NCBI GenBank assembly: GCA_041641295.1 | Contig: JBEPYO010000001.1 | Location: 192,001 to 256,000 of the forward strand | Length of the DNA: 64,000 nucleotides | Source: Nitrososphaerota archaeon | Lineage (GTDB): Archaea > Thermoproteota > Nitrososphaeria_A > Caldarchaeales > Calditenuaceae | Direction: 5' to 3' | Part shown: positions 40,345 through 50,123 of the stretch, piece by piece | Layout: the number at the start of each line of letters is the position of its first letter | How positions within the stretch are numbered: position 1 is the stretch's first letter | The notes under the pieces: generated by a model | Database searches by the model: none | Told to the model about the DNA's origin: nothing | What the model saw: the letters and a program-made list of their open reading frames with translations, nothing else | Position numbers and translations under genes: made by a program

Positions 40345-40884
40345 TTGTACGCGGGTCTTGATCTGTTGTACTCGTTTTTACCCTCACCCGTATCCTTTGT
40401 ACCGGTTGCTGTATTGGTCGTGGTGGCGCTGGCGCTGATCTTCATAGGTAGGAAGATAGCGAAAGCCCTCGTCTTCATTACGGGTGGTGTAGCGGTCGCC
40501 CTCATAACTGCAGCATTTCTATACCCTTACCTAGGCGGCCTACTGACCCTAGTCGCGGCGATAGTGGGCTTTGTCTTGGGCGGCCTCATAGCCATCTTCA
40601 TACTTAGGCTCGGTATCGGGATAGCCCTCGGCATACTGGGGTACAACCTAGCATCAGGGCTTGGTGCAAACATGGTCATCGGCATAGTGGTTAGCATTAT
40701 ACTATTCGTTATAGGCGTGTTACTCTCCGACAAAATCCTAGCTGTAACAACCGTCTTGTTGGGGAGCCTCCTCCTCATCCAATCACTTAACATATTGGGC
40801 GTGCCGCTACTCATCACCCTCACCTTGACAGTCCTACTTGCGGCACTGGGGCTCTACACGCAACTGCGGAGCAGTAGGAGATAG
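40345..40884 (+). CDS. Polytopic membrane protein (DUF4203-like)
   Basis: Almost entirely hydrophobic with Gly-rich TM helices; ends LGLYTQ. Confidence 0.65.
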   Translation: MYAGLDLLYSFLPSPVSFVPVAVLVVVALALIFIGRKIAKALVFITGGVAVALITAAFLYPYLGGLLTLVAAIVGFVLGGLIAIFILRLGIGIALGILGYNLASGLGANMVIGIVVSIILFVIGVLLSDKILAVTTVLLGSLLLIQSLNILGVPLLITLTLTVLLAALGLYTQLRSSRR

Positions 40885-41040
40885 ATTTTCTCCTTTTAAC
40901 CATATGAGTAACACAGTAGGGTAAGCTGTTTACAAACGTGGAAGACTATCCTGTGTCATTGTTGTTGCTGTGTAAGGACGCGTATTAGAAAAAGCCAGGC
41001 TATTATCCTTACCCCCTGATCACAGCCTCTTTCAAAATTA

Positions 41041-41114
<74 letters not shown>

Positions 41115-41260
41115 ACATATTCGGTTTGGTGTCTCGTGGATTTAACGTTATGTGGGTGTTCTGGATGGTTATGTTATGGGCGTGTCTTCTCCCTGCCTTA
41201 TCGATGGGGTTCCGAGGTGGTCTTTTATATGGTGGCGTTTGTCTTCTGCATAGACGGTTG

Positions 41261-42580
41261 GTGAAGGTACCGCTAGCTCCTCCACGGGGAATGGACGACA
41301 TCCTGCCAGAGGAGATTCCCCTGCACCGGAGTCTGGTGGAGACAGTCAGACTCCTATTCAGGCTCTACGGGTACAGGGAAGTTGAGACTCCGCCGGTCGA
41401 GTACTATGAGCTCTTCGCGGTGAAGTCTGGCCAAGAGATCCTCAGCCACATGTATGTCTTCGAGGATGTGCACGGCCGCAGACTCGTCCTTAGACCCGAG
41501 ATGACTGCACCGATCGCGCGTTTGGTGGCTGGTAAGCTTAGTAGGAGCCCGCGGCCCATCAGGCTGGGCTATGTTGCAGACTGCTACAGGCTAGATGAAC
41601 CCCAGTGGGGGAGGAGGCGGAGGTTCTATCACGGGGGCTTCGAGATCTTCGGCTCAAAGGAGCCAGCAGCTGACGCCGAGTGCATGGTCATCTTTGACGA
41701 CTTCCTGAGACGGGTTGGAATCAGGGACTACTACTTCAAGGTGGGCCATGTGGGCGTCCATAGGGCAATCATGTCCGCGGCGGGCATCGAGGACGATGAC
41801 CAGGATACGATTCTAGGCCTCTTAGACAGGGGTAGGGTGGAGGAGGCGGAGGAAAGCGTCCGCAAACTGGCAAAGGACAGAGAGGCGGCAACCCTCTTTA
41901 AAGAAGTAGCCGCGCATCCAGCAGGCCCTGCAATAGAAACTATAGACGAGTTGATGGCGAAGTTATCTAAAGCTGAGCGGGCGTGTAAGGAGTTGGAGAA
42001 CCTGAGAAAGATTGTAAAATTAGCGTCACAGGTCGTCGAGCCCGCTAGAATCATATACTATCCCGGGTTTGCGCGGGGGCTTTCATACTACACCGGCTTC
42101 ATCTTCGAGGTATTTGGGCAAGGTGCCGAGATAGCGCTGGGCGGTGGGGGACGCTACGACGGCCTAGTATCGCTGATCGGTGGCCCTGAGACCCCTGGAG
42201 TTGGCTTCGCAATAGGTTTAACAAGGATCATGCAGTATCTCACGGACAGATTGATGGTTAAGCCACAGCCCGACTCTCCACTAGCCTTAGTCGCGCCTCT
42301 TGCCGAGGAGTCTATAGAGTTTGCATTCAGGGCGGCCCACGAGTTCAGGAGGGCTGGTGTGCCGACAGAGCTTGAGATGGCGGCCTACAGTCCCTCGGAG
42401 GCGATACGCAGGGCCGAGAGGCGTGGTGCGAGATTCCTCGTATTGATTGGGAGGCGTGAGGTTGAGAGCAAGACTGTGAGTGTGAGGGATTTGGAGGGGA
42501 GGTTTCAGGAGGAATGGCGAGTTGAAGAAATATATGAGCGGGCGGAGTCGCTTCTAGGCAGGACAAGGGTGGGGTCATGA
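41261..42580 (+). CDS. hisS: Histidine--tRNA ligase
   Basis: PRGMDD, LRPEMTAP, RGLSYYTG, GGGRYDGL, C-terminal anticodon domain; start at GTG 41261. Confidence 0.95.
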   Translation: MKVPLAPPRGMDDILPEEIPLHRSLVETVRLLFRLYGYREVETPPVEYYELFAVKSGQEILSHMYVFEDVHGRRLVLRPEMTAPIARLVAGKLSRSPRPIRLGYVADCYRLDEPQWGRRRRFYHGGFEIFGSKEPAADAECMVIFDDFLRRVGIRDYYFKVGHVGVHRAIMSAAGIEDDDQDTILGLLDRGRVEEAEESVRKLAKDREAATLFKEVAAHPAGPAIETIDELMAKLSKAERACKELENLRKIVKLASQVVEPARIIYYPGFARGLSYYTGFIFEVFGQGAEIALGGGGRYDGLVSLIGGPETPGVGFAIGLTRIMQYLTDRLMVKPQPDSPLALVAPLAEESIEFAFRAAHEFRRAGVPTELEMAAYSPSEAIRRAERRGARFLVLIGRREVESKTVSVRDLEGRFQEEWRVEEIYERAESLLGRTRVGS

Positions 42581-43398
42581 ACTCCATCCCTGCCCTCGAA
42601 ATAGTTATAGTCCTCACCACACTCTCTCTACTCTCATACAAGTTAAAAATCCTCGACCTCTATGGCACGCTGCTTGCAGCAACTATTGGAGGAATAGTCT
42701 ACCTAACGGTGGGTAGGATTGGTATATTCCTGTTGACAGTCTTTGTAGTCGTCGCAGGCCTATTCACGAAGCTCGGATATGATAGGAAGAGCCTAGTGGG
42801 CGCGGCTGAGCCAAGAAAGGGGTTGAGGGGCTGGAGAAATGTGGTGGGGAATGGTCTCGTCGCGGCTGCTGCCGCTATAGCCTACGCACTGGCCCCCCAA
42901 TACTCAGAGGTCATTCTAAGCGGTTACATCGGAGCAATAGCCGCAGTATTCGCTGACACAATGGCAACTGAGGTCGGCCTACTCCAGAAGAAAGAACCGA
43001 TACTAATCATAGGCTTCAGGAGGGTCGAGCCAGGGACACCTGGAGGAGTCTCCCTGCTAGGATACATGGGTGCTCTGTTCTCAGCACTTATCTTGATTAC
43101 AGCCTATTTGACACTAGGAGGATCCAACCCCCTCGCCCCACACATAGTAGGGTCTTCAGTTGTAGCGGCGAGCTTAGTGGGGACGACGGTGGATAGTATA
43201 GTGGGTCAACTTCTACAGGGTCGATACAGATGCGAATCGTGTGGAAAAATTATTGAGTTCAGCACGCATTGTGGGAGAGTGGCTAAATTGGTTAAGGGCT
43301 ACAGGCTTATGGATAACCACGCCGTAAATATTGTATGCAGTTTAAGCGGCGCGGTTGTGGGAGCGGCTATCACCCTGCTTTTCTATAGTACTGTTTAA
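42577..43398 (+). CDS. DUF92 (TMEM19) membrane protein with CxxC/HCG insert
   Basis: [37 protein letters not shown]. Confidence 0.9.
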   Translation: MNSIPALEIVIVLTTLSLLSYKLKILDLYGTLLAATIGGIVYLTVGRIGIFLLTVFVVVAGLFTKLGYDRKSLVGAAEPRKGLRGWRNVVGNGLVAAAAAIAYALAPQYSEVILSGYIGAIAAVFADTMATEVGLLQKKEPILIIGFRRVEPGTPGGVSLLGYMGALFSALILITAYLTLGGSNPLAPHIVGSSVVAASLVGTTVDSIVGQLLQGRYRCESCGKIIEFSTHCGRVAKLVKGYRLMDNHAVNIVCSLSGAVVGAAITLLFYSTV

Positions 43399-44770
43399 TG
43401 AACTCTGGCTTAATCTTTGTTAGGCTGTCTTCGGGGAGTGTGCTCAATATCTCCCAAGCAATAGACAGTGACTCGTCGAGAGACCTGTTCTCATCCACTC
43501 CCTGCCTTAGGAAGCGGTTCTCGAATAGGTCACCGAACTCGATAAGCTTTATGTCTTGGGGTGAGAGGCTGGACTTTCCCACTATCTCCGCCAGTGATCT
43601 CAGCTGGACGGCTCTAGAGTATGAGGCGTACAGCTGGTTCGAGACATCGCCGTGGTCTGGCCTCGTCTTCTTGGGGGCTATGACTCCGGGCCCCATGAGC
43701 CTTGAGAGACTCATCAAAACGTTGATCGGCGGGTATATACCCTTCCTATGCAGGTCCCTGCTCAGAACTATTTGCCCCTCAGTGATGTAGCCCGTCAAGT
43801 CAGGTACGGGGTGTGTTATGTCGTCACTGGGCATGGTGAGTATTGGCATCTGAGTTATCGTCCCTTTCTTCCCCTTTATCCTGCCAGCCCGCTCGTAGAT
43901 GGAGGCCAAGTCACTGTACATGTAGCCGGGGTAGCCCTTCCTCCCAGGAACCTCCTCACGCGCGGCGCTAATCTCTCTGAGCGCCTCACAGTAGTTCGTC
44001 ATGTCTGTGATGATTACTAGGATGTTGTAGTCTCTCTCGAAGGCTAGGAATTCGGCCAGTGTGAGGGCTACGCGCGGTGTTATAATCCTCTCGACGGCAG
44101 GGTCGTCGGCCAGGTTTAGGAAGAGGGCGGACCTCCCCATGGCCCCGCTCTCTTCTAGGCTTCGCCTGAAGAAGCGGGCTTCATCGTTCTGGACACCGAG
44201 GGCCGCGAAGATGACGGCGAACTCCTCCTCCTTACCCGGCACTACCGCCTGCCGCGCAATCTGGGCTGCGAGTATGTTGTGGGTCAGGCCGGGTCCGCTG
44301 AATACTGGTAGCTTCTGACCTCTGACGAGACTGTTCATCACATCGATTGCGGAGATGCCGGTCTGGATGAAGTCGCTCGGATACTCTCTCTGCTCTGGAT
44401 TTATTGGTTCGCCGCTAATGTCTCTGTAGTCCTCGGCGGGTGGTGGTGGGAGACCGTCTATAGGCCTGCCCAATCCGTCAAAGACCCTGCCAAGTAGCTC
44501 TTCGGATACTCCGAGCTTCATTGTTTCGCCTAGGAACCTTGCCTTTACACCCTCGATTGAGAGACCGCTGGTACCCTCGAACACCTGCACTATGGCCTTG
44601 CCCTCGCCCACCTCCAACACGCGTCCCAGCCTAGTCTCACCGCTCGGCGTCTCAACCTCGACTAATTCGTCATAGGATACGCCCACCACACGGTCCACGA
44701 CTAGCAGAGGCCCGCGAATCTCCCTAACGGTTGTATATTCCACGCCTCCCCCTGCCCGACTTCTTCTCAT
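43370..44770 (-). CDS. atpB: A/V-type ATP synthase subunit B
   Basis: [33 protein letters not shown]; start ATG 44770 or GTG 44785. Confidence 0.97.
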   Translation of the reverse strand: MRRSRAGGGVEYTTVREIRGPLLVVDRVVGVSYDELVEVETPSGETRLGRVLEVGEGKAIVQVFEGTSGLSIEGVKARFLGETMKLGVSEELLGRVFDGLGRPIDGLPPPPAEDYRDISGEPINPEQREYPSDFIQTGISAIDVMNSLVRGQKLPVFSGPGLTHNILAAQIARQAVVPGKEEEFAVIFAALGVQNDEARFFRRSLEESGAMGRSALFLNLADDPAVERIITPRVALTLAEFLAFERDYNILVIITDMTNYCEALREISAAREEVPGRKGYPGYMYSDLASIYERAGRIKGKKGTITQMPILTMPSDDITHPVPDLTGYITEGQIVLSRDLHRKGIYPPINVLMSLSRLMGPGVIAPKKTRPDHGDVSNQLYASYSRAVQLRSLAEIVGKSSLSPQDIKLIEFGDLFENRFLRQGVDENRSLDESLSIAWEILSTLPEDSLTKIKPEFIKQYYRKAG

Positions 44771-44862
44771 CCATGCTTGAGACACACTGCCTGTTAAAAA
44801 ACCCTCAGTGGTTCATGGAGGTTTGCAAAATACTTATTGAAGCGGCTTTCGCTATGACTTGG

Positions 44863-45504
44863 ATGTCGGTCTCGTTCGGGCGGGGCTATCTTAGGACCCG
44901 CCTAGAGCTGATAAGGTTGAGGAGGGCTGTAAGGACGGCCCAAAGGGTCTACAGGATCTTGGAGGATAAGCGGGATGTTCTGATATCGCGGCTGAACGAG
45001 CTTGTGGAGGAGGCCCAAGAGCTGAGGAACAGGGCACTCTCAAACCTTTCCGAGTCCTACAGACACCTGCTCTCAGCATACATGGAGCTTGGCCCTCAGA
45101 AAATCGAGTCTATAGCGCGCACAGCCCCCGAGACAGTGACCATAAGCATGGACACCTTCACGATGATGGGCATCTCCCTCGTAACGCTAAACGCCCAGAG
45201 CCAAGAGGCGGGCCTACTATACGGTTTCGGAGACACATCGATAAGCTTAGACGAGGCGGCTAGGAAGATTAGGAGGGTGATAACGGACATCTGCAAGGCG
45301 GCTGCAACCGAGAACAACATCTTCAGGGTAGCGAATGAGCTTCGAAAGACCCAAAGACTCCTAAACGCCCTCGAATACATAATCATACCGAGGTACGAGG
45401 AGGCTATCAAGACCATCTCAATGGCGCTTGAGGAGGCGGACAGGGACTATTTCGTAAAGCTTAAGCACATCAAGAAAGTTCTAGAGAGAAAGGCGGCGGG
45501 TTAA
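44863..45504 (+). CDS. atpD: A/V-type ATP synthase subunit D
   Basis: TRLELI, LEDKRDVL, KTQRLLNALEYIIIP, LEEADR..F.KLK; start ATG 44854 or 44863. Confidence 0.93.
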   Translation: MSVSFGRGYLRTRLELIRLRRAVRTAQRVYRILEDKRDVLISRLNELVEEAQELRNRALSNLSESYRHLLSAYMELGPQKIESIARTAPETVTISMDTFTMMGISLVTLNAQSQEAGLLYGFGDTSISLDEAARKIRRVITDICKAAATENNIFRVANELRKTQRLLNALEYIIIPRYEEAIKTISMALEEADRDYFVKLKHIKKVLERKAAG

Positions 45505-45540
45505 AGCTTAATAGGGGCAGGCCTCAGAGGTGAGGCAGAG

Positions 45541-45699
45541 TTGAGCATCGAGGAGAGGGTAAAGGAGGTCCTCAAAGAGTGCGAGGCGAAAATTAGGGGT
45601 CGAACAGCCCAGCTAGCAGCCGAAGTTGAGAAGGACACTTGGAGCGTGTTGGAGAAGGTCTTATCTGGGGCGAGGCGTAGAGAGGAGAAGGGGCACTGA
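45541..45699 (+). CDS. Small (52 aa) charged helical protein downstream of atpD (not in ORF track)
   Basis: GAGGTGAGG SD then TTG: MSIEERVKEVLKECEAKIRGRTAQLAAEVEKDTWSVLEKVLSGARRREEKGH. Confidence 0.55.
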   Translation: MSIEERVKEVLKECEAKIRGRTAQLAAEVEKDTWSVLEKVLSGARRREEKGH

Positions 45700-45707
45700 A
45701 ATCGGTC

Positions 45708-45899
45708 TTAACCTCTGGTCTTTGAACCCCTCCTCCCTCTATACAGGCACATTATCACAGAGGATGCTATCCCAAGCTGGCTTAGCACTAGCCCGGTGAA
45801 TGACCAGAGACTGAAAAGATAGTCTGCGAACTCGATGTACATCAGCCCAAACCTTGGGGCAGTGACTATGTCACCCAGCAGGACACCCATTAACAACAC
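45708..45899 (-). CDS. Small membrane protein, hypothetical
   Basis: Hydrophobic 63-aa ORF with basic tail that fills the gap. Confidence 0.4.
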   Translation of the reverse strand: MLLMGVLLGDIVTAPRFGLMYIEFADYLFSLWSFTGLVLSQLGIASSVIMCLYRGRRGSKTRG

Positions 45900-45961
45900 C
45901 CAAAGACACGTCCCCTTGTAAATCTTGAAATGTTTTATAGGGGCCTGCAGGCCACGCGGTA

Positions 45962-46324
45962 GTGTTTAAGATTAAAAGGGTGTATGACCCGCCTGCTAAG
46001 GATGATGGGTTTAGAGTCCTGGTAGACAGGATCTGGCCCAGGGGTTTGAGTAGGGAGTCAGCTCATATTGACCTCTGGTTGCGGGAAATAGCTCCTAGTA
46101 CTGGGCTTAGGAAATGGTTTGGACACGACCCCGCCAGATGGCCCGTCTTTAAGGCTCGGTACGCGAAAGAGCTTGACTCCAAGTCAGCGCTGATCGGCGA
46201 GTTACTCAAGCTGGAAAAAGTTCATGGGGTTGTAACGCTAGTTTACGGGGCGAGAGACAACACGCATAACAACGCCGTGGTGCTGAAGGAATATCTTGAA
46301 TCCCGCAAGAAGGAAGGGTCTTGA
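45962..46324 (+). CDS. DUF488 / YeaO family protein
   Basis: KRVYD..DGFRVLVDRIWPRG, IAPSTGLRKWFGHDP, HNNAVVL. Confidence 0.93.
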   Translation: MFKIKRVYDPPAKDDGFRVLVDRIWPRGLSRESAHIDLWLREIAPSTGLRKWFGHDPARWPVFKARYAKELDSKSALIGELLKLEKVHGVVTLVYGARDNTHNNAVVLKEYLESRKKEGS

Positions 46325-46339
46325 ATAATTCCCCCCTCA

Positions 46340-48049
46340 CTAGTAGGTCCTTTCGACTGGCTTATACTTCGTGATTACCACTTCCTTGTAGGCGAACTCG
46401 AATCCATCAGCTCTCTTGTATACTAGTATGTGGTTGAGCCAGTTCTGGTCGTCCCTCGTTGGATAGTCGACCCTCGCGTGGGCACCTCTGCTCTCCCTCC
46501 TATGAATAGCCGCCGCACCAATAACCTCACAGACGTCAAACATGTAGTCTATCTCGAGCACGTTCACGAGGTTTGTGTTATAGTATCTGCTCTTATCCTC
46601 TACACCAAGCTCCGCCTGCTGCTTCAAGGCCCTAAGCTTTCTAAGACCCTCCTCCATACTACTCGCCTCTCTATAGACGTGAAAATGTTTCTCCATCAGG
46701 GCTTGGATCTCCTTCTTGATATTGTACGGGTTGACGCGCGGTGCGGGGCCGAGTAGCTTGTCGTAGATCCTCTTCTCTTCTTGGTCTACCTCGCTCTTTG
46801 GTGGCTCTACTGCTTGATGGGCTAGGGCAAACATGGCTGCCTGTTCGCCAGTTATTCTCCCCCAGACCAGGCACTCGCTTGTAGAGTTTGAGCCCAGCCT
46901 GTTAGCTCCGTTCATCGAGGTGCATGCGACCTCTCCAGCAGCCCAGAGGCCAGGCAACTCGGTTGCGCCGTCAATGTTGGCGTCTACTCCGCCCATGTAG
47001 TAATGTGCCACTGGCCTGACAGGTATGGGCTCGTTTATTGGGTCGATTCCAGCGTTCCGTAGGCATATTTCACGTATGCTTGTAAGTCTTTTCTTTATCA
47101 CTTCGGGGTCTATGACTGTAAGGTCTAGGAGGAGGTAGTCCTCGCCATCCTCGGTCTTGAGCCCCCTCCCCTCGCGTATCTCGGTTATCATGGCCCGAGA
47201 CACGATGTCCCTCGGCGCTAAATCTTTGGCCTTGGGTGCGTATCTCTCCATAAACCTCTCCCCGTCCTTGTTTCTGAGTATCCCACCCTCGCCGCGGGCC
47301 GCCTCAGTTATGAGAATCCCACTAGGTACAAGTCCAGTCGGGTGAAACTGTACGAACTCCATATCCCTCAACGGGATTCCGGCGCGATAGGCTATCGCGT
47401 AACCGTCGGGTGTGGAGCTGTGCCCGAAGGTCGCGAAGCTGTAGATCCGTCCAGCGCCCCCAGTTGCGAGGATTCCGGCTTTCGCGTTGAAGACTGCGAG
47501 TTCGCCATTTCTCAGACTCAGAGCCACGACTCCAGCGAAGCGGCCATTATTCCGGAGTATCTTGGTGACGACCCACTCGTCGTAGAAGACTATCTCGTCG
47601 TATCTTAGACATGTGTCGTAAAGTGTGCTCATCTCGTAGAAGCCAACCTTATCCTCGGCGTAGCATGCCCGCGGATAGCTCTGTCCACCGAAATACCTCT
47701 GGGCTATCTTCCCATCCTTCCTCCTAGCCCAAGGCATTCCCCAGTGCTCAAGCTGGATGATCTCGCGAGGTGCAAGGCTTACAAACCTCTCAACCACGTC
47801 CTGGTCAGCAAGGAAATCACTCCCCTTCACAGTATCCCACATATGCGACTCAAGAGAGTCGCCCTCCTCGGGGTAAAGCACGGCTGCAGTTCCACCCTCA
47901 GCCGAGACGCTGTGGGACCTCATTGGCTGCGTCTTCGTTACCACAGCAATCGAGAGGCGGCCTTTACCAGTCCTAGCAGCTTCGATGGCAGCTCTTAGCC
48001 CAGCCAGCCCCGAGCCCATAACAACCACATCACACGTTATTTTCTCCAG
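46340..48049 (-). CDS. sdhA: Succinate dehydrogenase/fumarate reductase flavoprotein subunit
   Basis: GSGLAG, covalent-FAD His in SHSVSAEGG, QFHPTG, HYYMGG, GANRLG, ESRGAH; N-terminus extended to CTG 48049. Confidence 0.95.
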   Translation of the reverse strand: MEKITCDVVVMGSGLAGLRAAIEAARTGKGRLSIAVVTKTQPMRSHSVSAEGGTAAVLYPEEGDSLESHMWDTVKGSDFLADQDVVERFVSLAPREIIQLEHWGMPWARRKDGKIAQRYFGGQSYPRACYAEDKVGFYEMSTLYDTCLRYDEIVFYDEWVVTKILRNNGRFAGVVALSLRNGELAVFNAKAGILATGGAGRIYSFATFGHSSTPDGYAIAYRAGIPLRDMEFVQFHPTGLVPSGILITEAARGEGGILRNKDGERFMERYAPKAKDLAPRDIVSRAMITEIREGRGLKTEDGEDYLLLDLTVIDPEVIKKRLTSIREICLRNAGIDPINEPIPVRPVAHYYMGGVDANIDGATELPGLWAAGEVACTSMNGANRLGSNSTSECLVWGRITGEQAAMFALAHQAVEPPKSEVDQEEKRIYDKLLGPAPRVNPYNIKKEIQALMEKHFHVYREASSMEEGLRKLRALKQQAELGVEDKSRYYNTNLVNVLEIDYMFDVCEVIGAAAIHRRESRGAHARVDYPTRDDQNWLNHILVYKRADGFEFAYKEVVITKYKPVERTY

Positions 48050-48074
48050 AAGGCACCACCTTCAACCAATATAG

Positions 48075-48485
48075 TTAGAGCAGATAGTGGATTTTTATAT
48101 GTTCGCGCATGACCTCGGGGTATGGTGTTGTGAAACCGCAGTGGGGGCATATCTCAGGCCTCAGCGCGTTCTTCTTGACTTGTTCGAGGATTTCTGCAAC
48201 CTTTTCACTTGAAAGCGCCCTTACCGTTACCGCGTCCCTGTCCACTTCAATGACGTAGTCTCCGGCCATTCCAAGCCGGTCCAAAATCACCTTCAACTCG
48301 CTTACAAGTGTTGCAATGTTTAGGGAGTAGTTGCTTGAGCCTGACAGGTCTATCACCACGTCCCTCTCTCTCGGCAAAGCGAACCCTCCAACGCCTGATA
48401 GGAACTCGGAGAGCTCGAATGCTATGATGCTGGATAGGGGCTCAAGGCCTACAAGCTTCACTTTAACCACATCCAACCAGGTCAC
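48075..48485 (-). CDS. Conserved protein with C-terminal C2H2 zinc finger
   Basis: CPHCGFTTPYPEVMREHIKIHY. Confidence 0.8.
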   Translation of the reverse strand: MTWLDVVKVKLVGLEPLSSIIAFELSEFLSGVGGFALPRERDVVIDLSGSSNYSLNIATLVSELKVILDRLGMAGDYVIEVDRDAVTVRALSSEKVAEILEQVKKNALRPEICPHCGFTTPYPEVMREHIKIHYLL

Positions 48486-49042
48486 CTTAGGAGGGCGCTG
48501 GTTGCCGACCCCTTCGCGACCCTAACCCTGTTAACCCCGCCTATCATCTCGATGTAGTCTCCTACACTCTTGGGGACGTACTTCTTCCAGTCGCCACCCT
48601 CCGCCATGAGGGTCCGGATCTTGGTGGCGTTTAGCTCCTCTCTCGCGTATAGTTGCGCCTCCCTAGTCTTGATGTTCTGCTCCTCCAGTAGGAGCCTCAC
48701 GAAGGGGTTGTTGGTGTAGACGACGTCGAACCTTGGGCACATGGACTTTAGCCTCGCAACCCAGAGGGGGTGTTCCCCAATATCAGGGATGGTTACCGTG
48801 ATGATTCTTGAGAGGTCTTGGCCATCCTCGGCCAGTGCCAGCCTAATCATCTCTATCCTCTCACCCGCGGTGAAGGGGTTGTCAAAAGTGTGGCTGAACT
48901 GGCTGCTTCCTATCGCAATTATGGCTTCATCAAACCCTCCCAGTATCTCTTTGACAGCTGATAGGTGGCCTAGGTGGAAGGGCTGGAATCTCCCTATTAG
49001 GACTGCTCTACGGACATTCTTGATGCTCAGATCTAAATCCAC
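48482..49042 (-). CDS. nadM: Nicotinamide-nucleotide adenylyltransferase
   Basis: GRFQPFHLGH, SHTFDNPFTAGER, NATKIR. Confidence 0.95.
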   Translation of the reverse strand: MDLDLSIKNVRRAVLIGRFQPFHLGHLSAVKEILGGFDEAIIAIGSSQFSHTFDNPFTAGERIEMIRLALAEDGQDLSRIITVTIPDIGEHPLWVARLKSMCPRFDVVYTNNPFVRLLLEEQNIKTREAQLYAREELNATKIRTLMAEGGDWKKYVPKSVGDYIEMIGGVNRVRVAKGSATSALLR

Positions 49043-49186
49043 CTACCCAGACTAGCGTTGTCTTGAGCGTTTAATCAAGGTTTTGTATGAATCATCTGGA
49101 GCAGTCTAAATGAATATCTATGTAGTGTCTCTTCTTGTGGAGGGTCGGCCTTATATTTTGAGCGGAGGCCTCCGCTCAGCCTGTAA

Positions 49187-50002
49187 TTGGAGAATAACCG
49201 CTTAAATAGTGAGGTGGGTAATTGGGTTTTGACGATGAGGGTGGGTCCGAAGAGGGTTCGCCCCCCTGTAGCCGTAGAGGTTGTAGACCTCCAGAACCTA
49301 GCAAGGCTCGTCCTAAACCGGGGAGAGCCTGACGGGCTGTTCTGGTACTTCCCAGTAGGCGGGGAGAAGATCCTAGGCAGCCTTTTCCTGATACCGTACT
49401 GGAGGGGTAACCTTCCACTCTTCTGCTATACAAGACTGCCCCCCGATGTCGAGCCGAAAGCCTTCCTAGCCTACCGAAGCATAGGCCAAGAGGAGTGCAT
49501 CTTCACCAACTCGGGAGACGACCCCAGATACGTATACGGCGCAATAATGGAGATTGAGTCACCTCCTGACTTCCTCCTCAGATCACTCAAGAACAAGACC
49601 ATACAGCGAGACTTCAGGCCCGTGCTAACAAAGGCTAAAGATATGACGGTCCTAGTCAGAACACTGCTGATACTCTCCGAGGACTCTTCATCCCCGCCAA
49701 TCTGGAGCTTCAGGCACAACGGCCACTCGATATTCGGAGTTATAGCACCGGTCTTTGACTACTATGACGCTAACGCCCTCCCCGTCTTCCTCTACGTGGA
49801 GACTAAGGAGGATCCTAAAGCCGGATTCCTACGCTACGTCACGGAGAACGGTCGTGAAGTGACGTCATTCGTGGACTCAATAGGCGAGATGAGATACTTT
49901 TATGTGAGGATTGTGAAGCTTGCACATATGCCGCTCTGGACAGCGCCTGAAGAAGCAGAGGGCCGCAGGAGCCAAAAGAGTGCGAGGCAGAGGGCCGGAT
50001 AG
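49187..50002 (+). CDS. Hypothetical protein with two internally duplicated domains
   Basis: Repeats LPLFCY/LPVFLY, PKAFLAY/PKAGFLRY, RYVY/RYFY. Confidence 0.75.
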   Translation: MENNRLNSEVGNWVLTMRVGPKRVRPPVAVEVVDLQNLARLVLNRGEPDGLFWYFPVGGEKILGSLFLIPYWRGNLPLFCYTRLPPDVEPKAFLAYRSIGQEECIFTNSGDDPRYVYGAIMEIESPPDFLLRSLKNKTIQRDFRPVLTKAKDMTVLVRTLLILSEDSSSPPIWSFRHNGHSIFGVIAPVFDYYDANALPVFLYVETKEDPKAGFLRYVTENGREVTSFVDSIGEMRYFYVRIVKLAHMPLWTAPEEAEGRRSQKSARQRAG

Positions 50003-50123
50003 ATTGAGTCTAAATATCGAGAGCTCGCTGGATTTTAAAGGTTAATACTTATAAGCGTCTCTAATCAAAAGGTTTAAATTCTAACCAGATTTGTAAATGG
50101 CAACCAGACAGGGTGCAGCGTGA

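Noticed and set aside
44731-44853. Extended atpD N-terminus overlapping atpB
   Set aside because: Homology starts near 44854-44863; the region is better explained as a divergent promoter
50030-50085. Repeated AAAGGTT(T)AA upstream of glutamate synthase as a nitrogen-regulator site
   Set aside because: Indistinguishable from BRE/TATA elements; no NrpR-type GGAA-N6-TTCC seen
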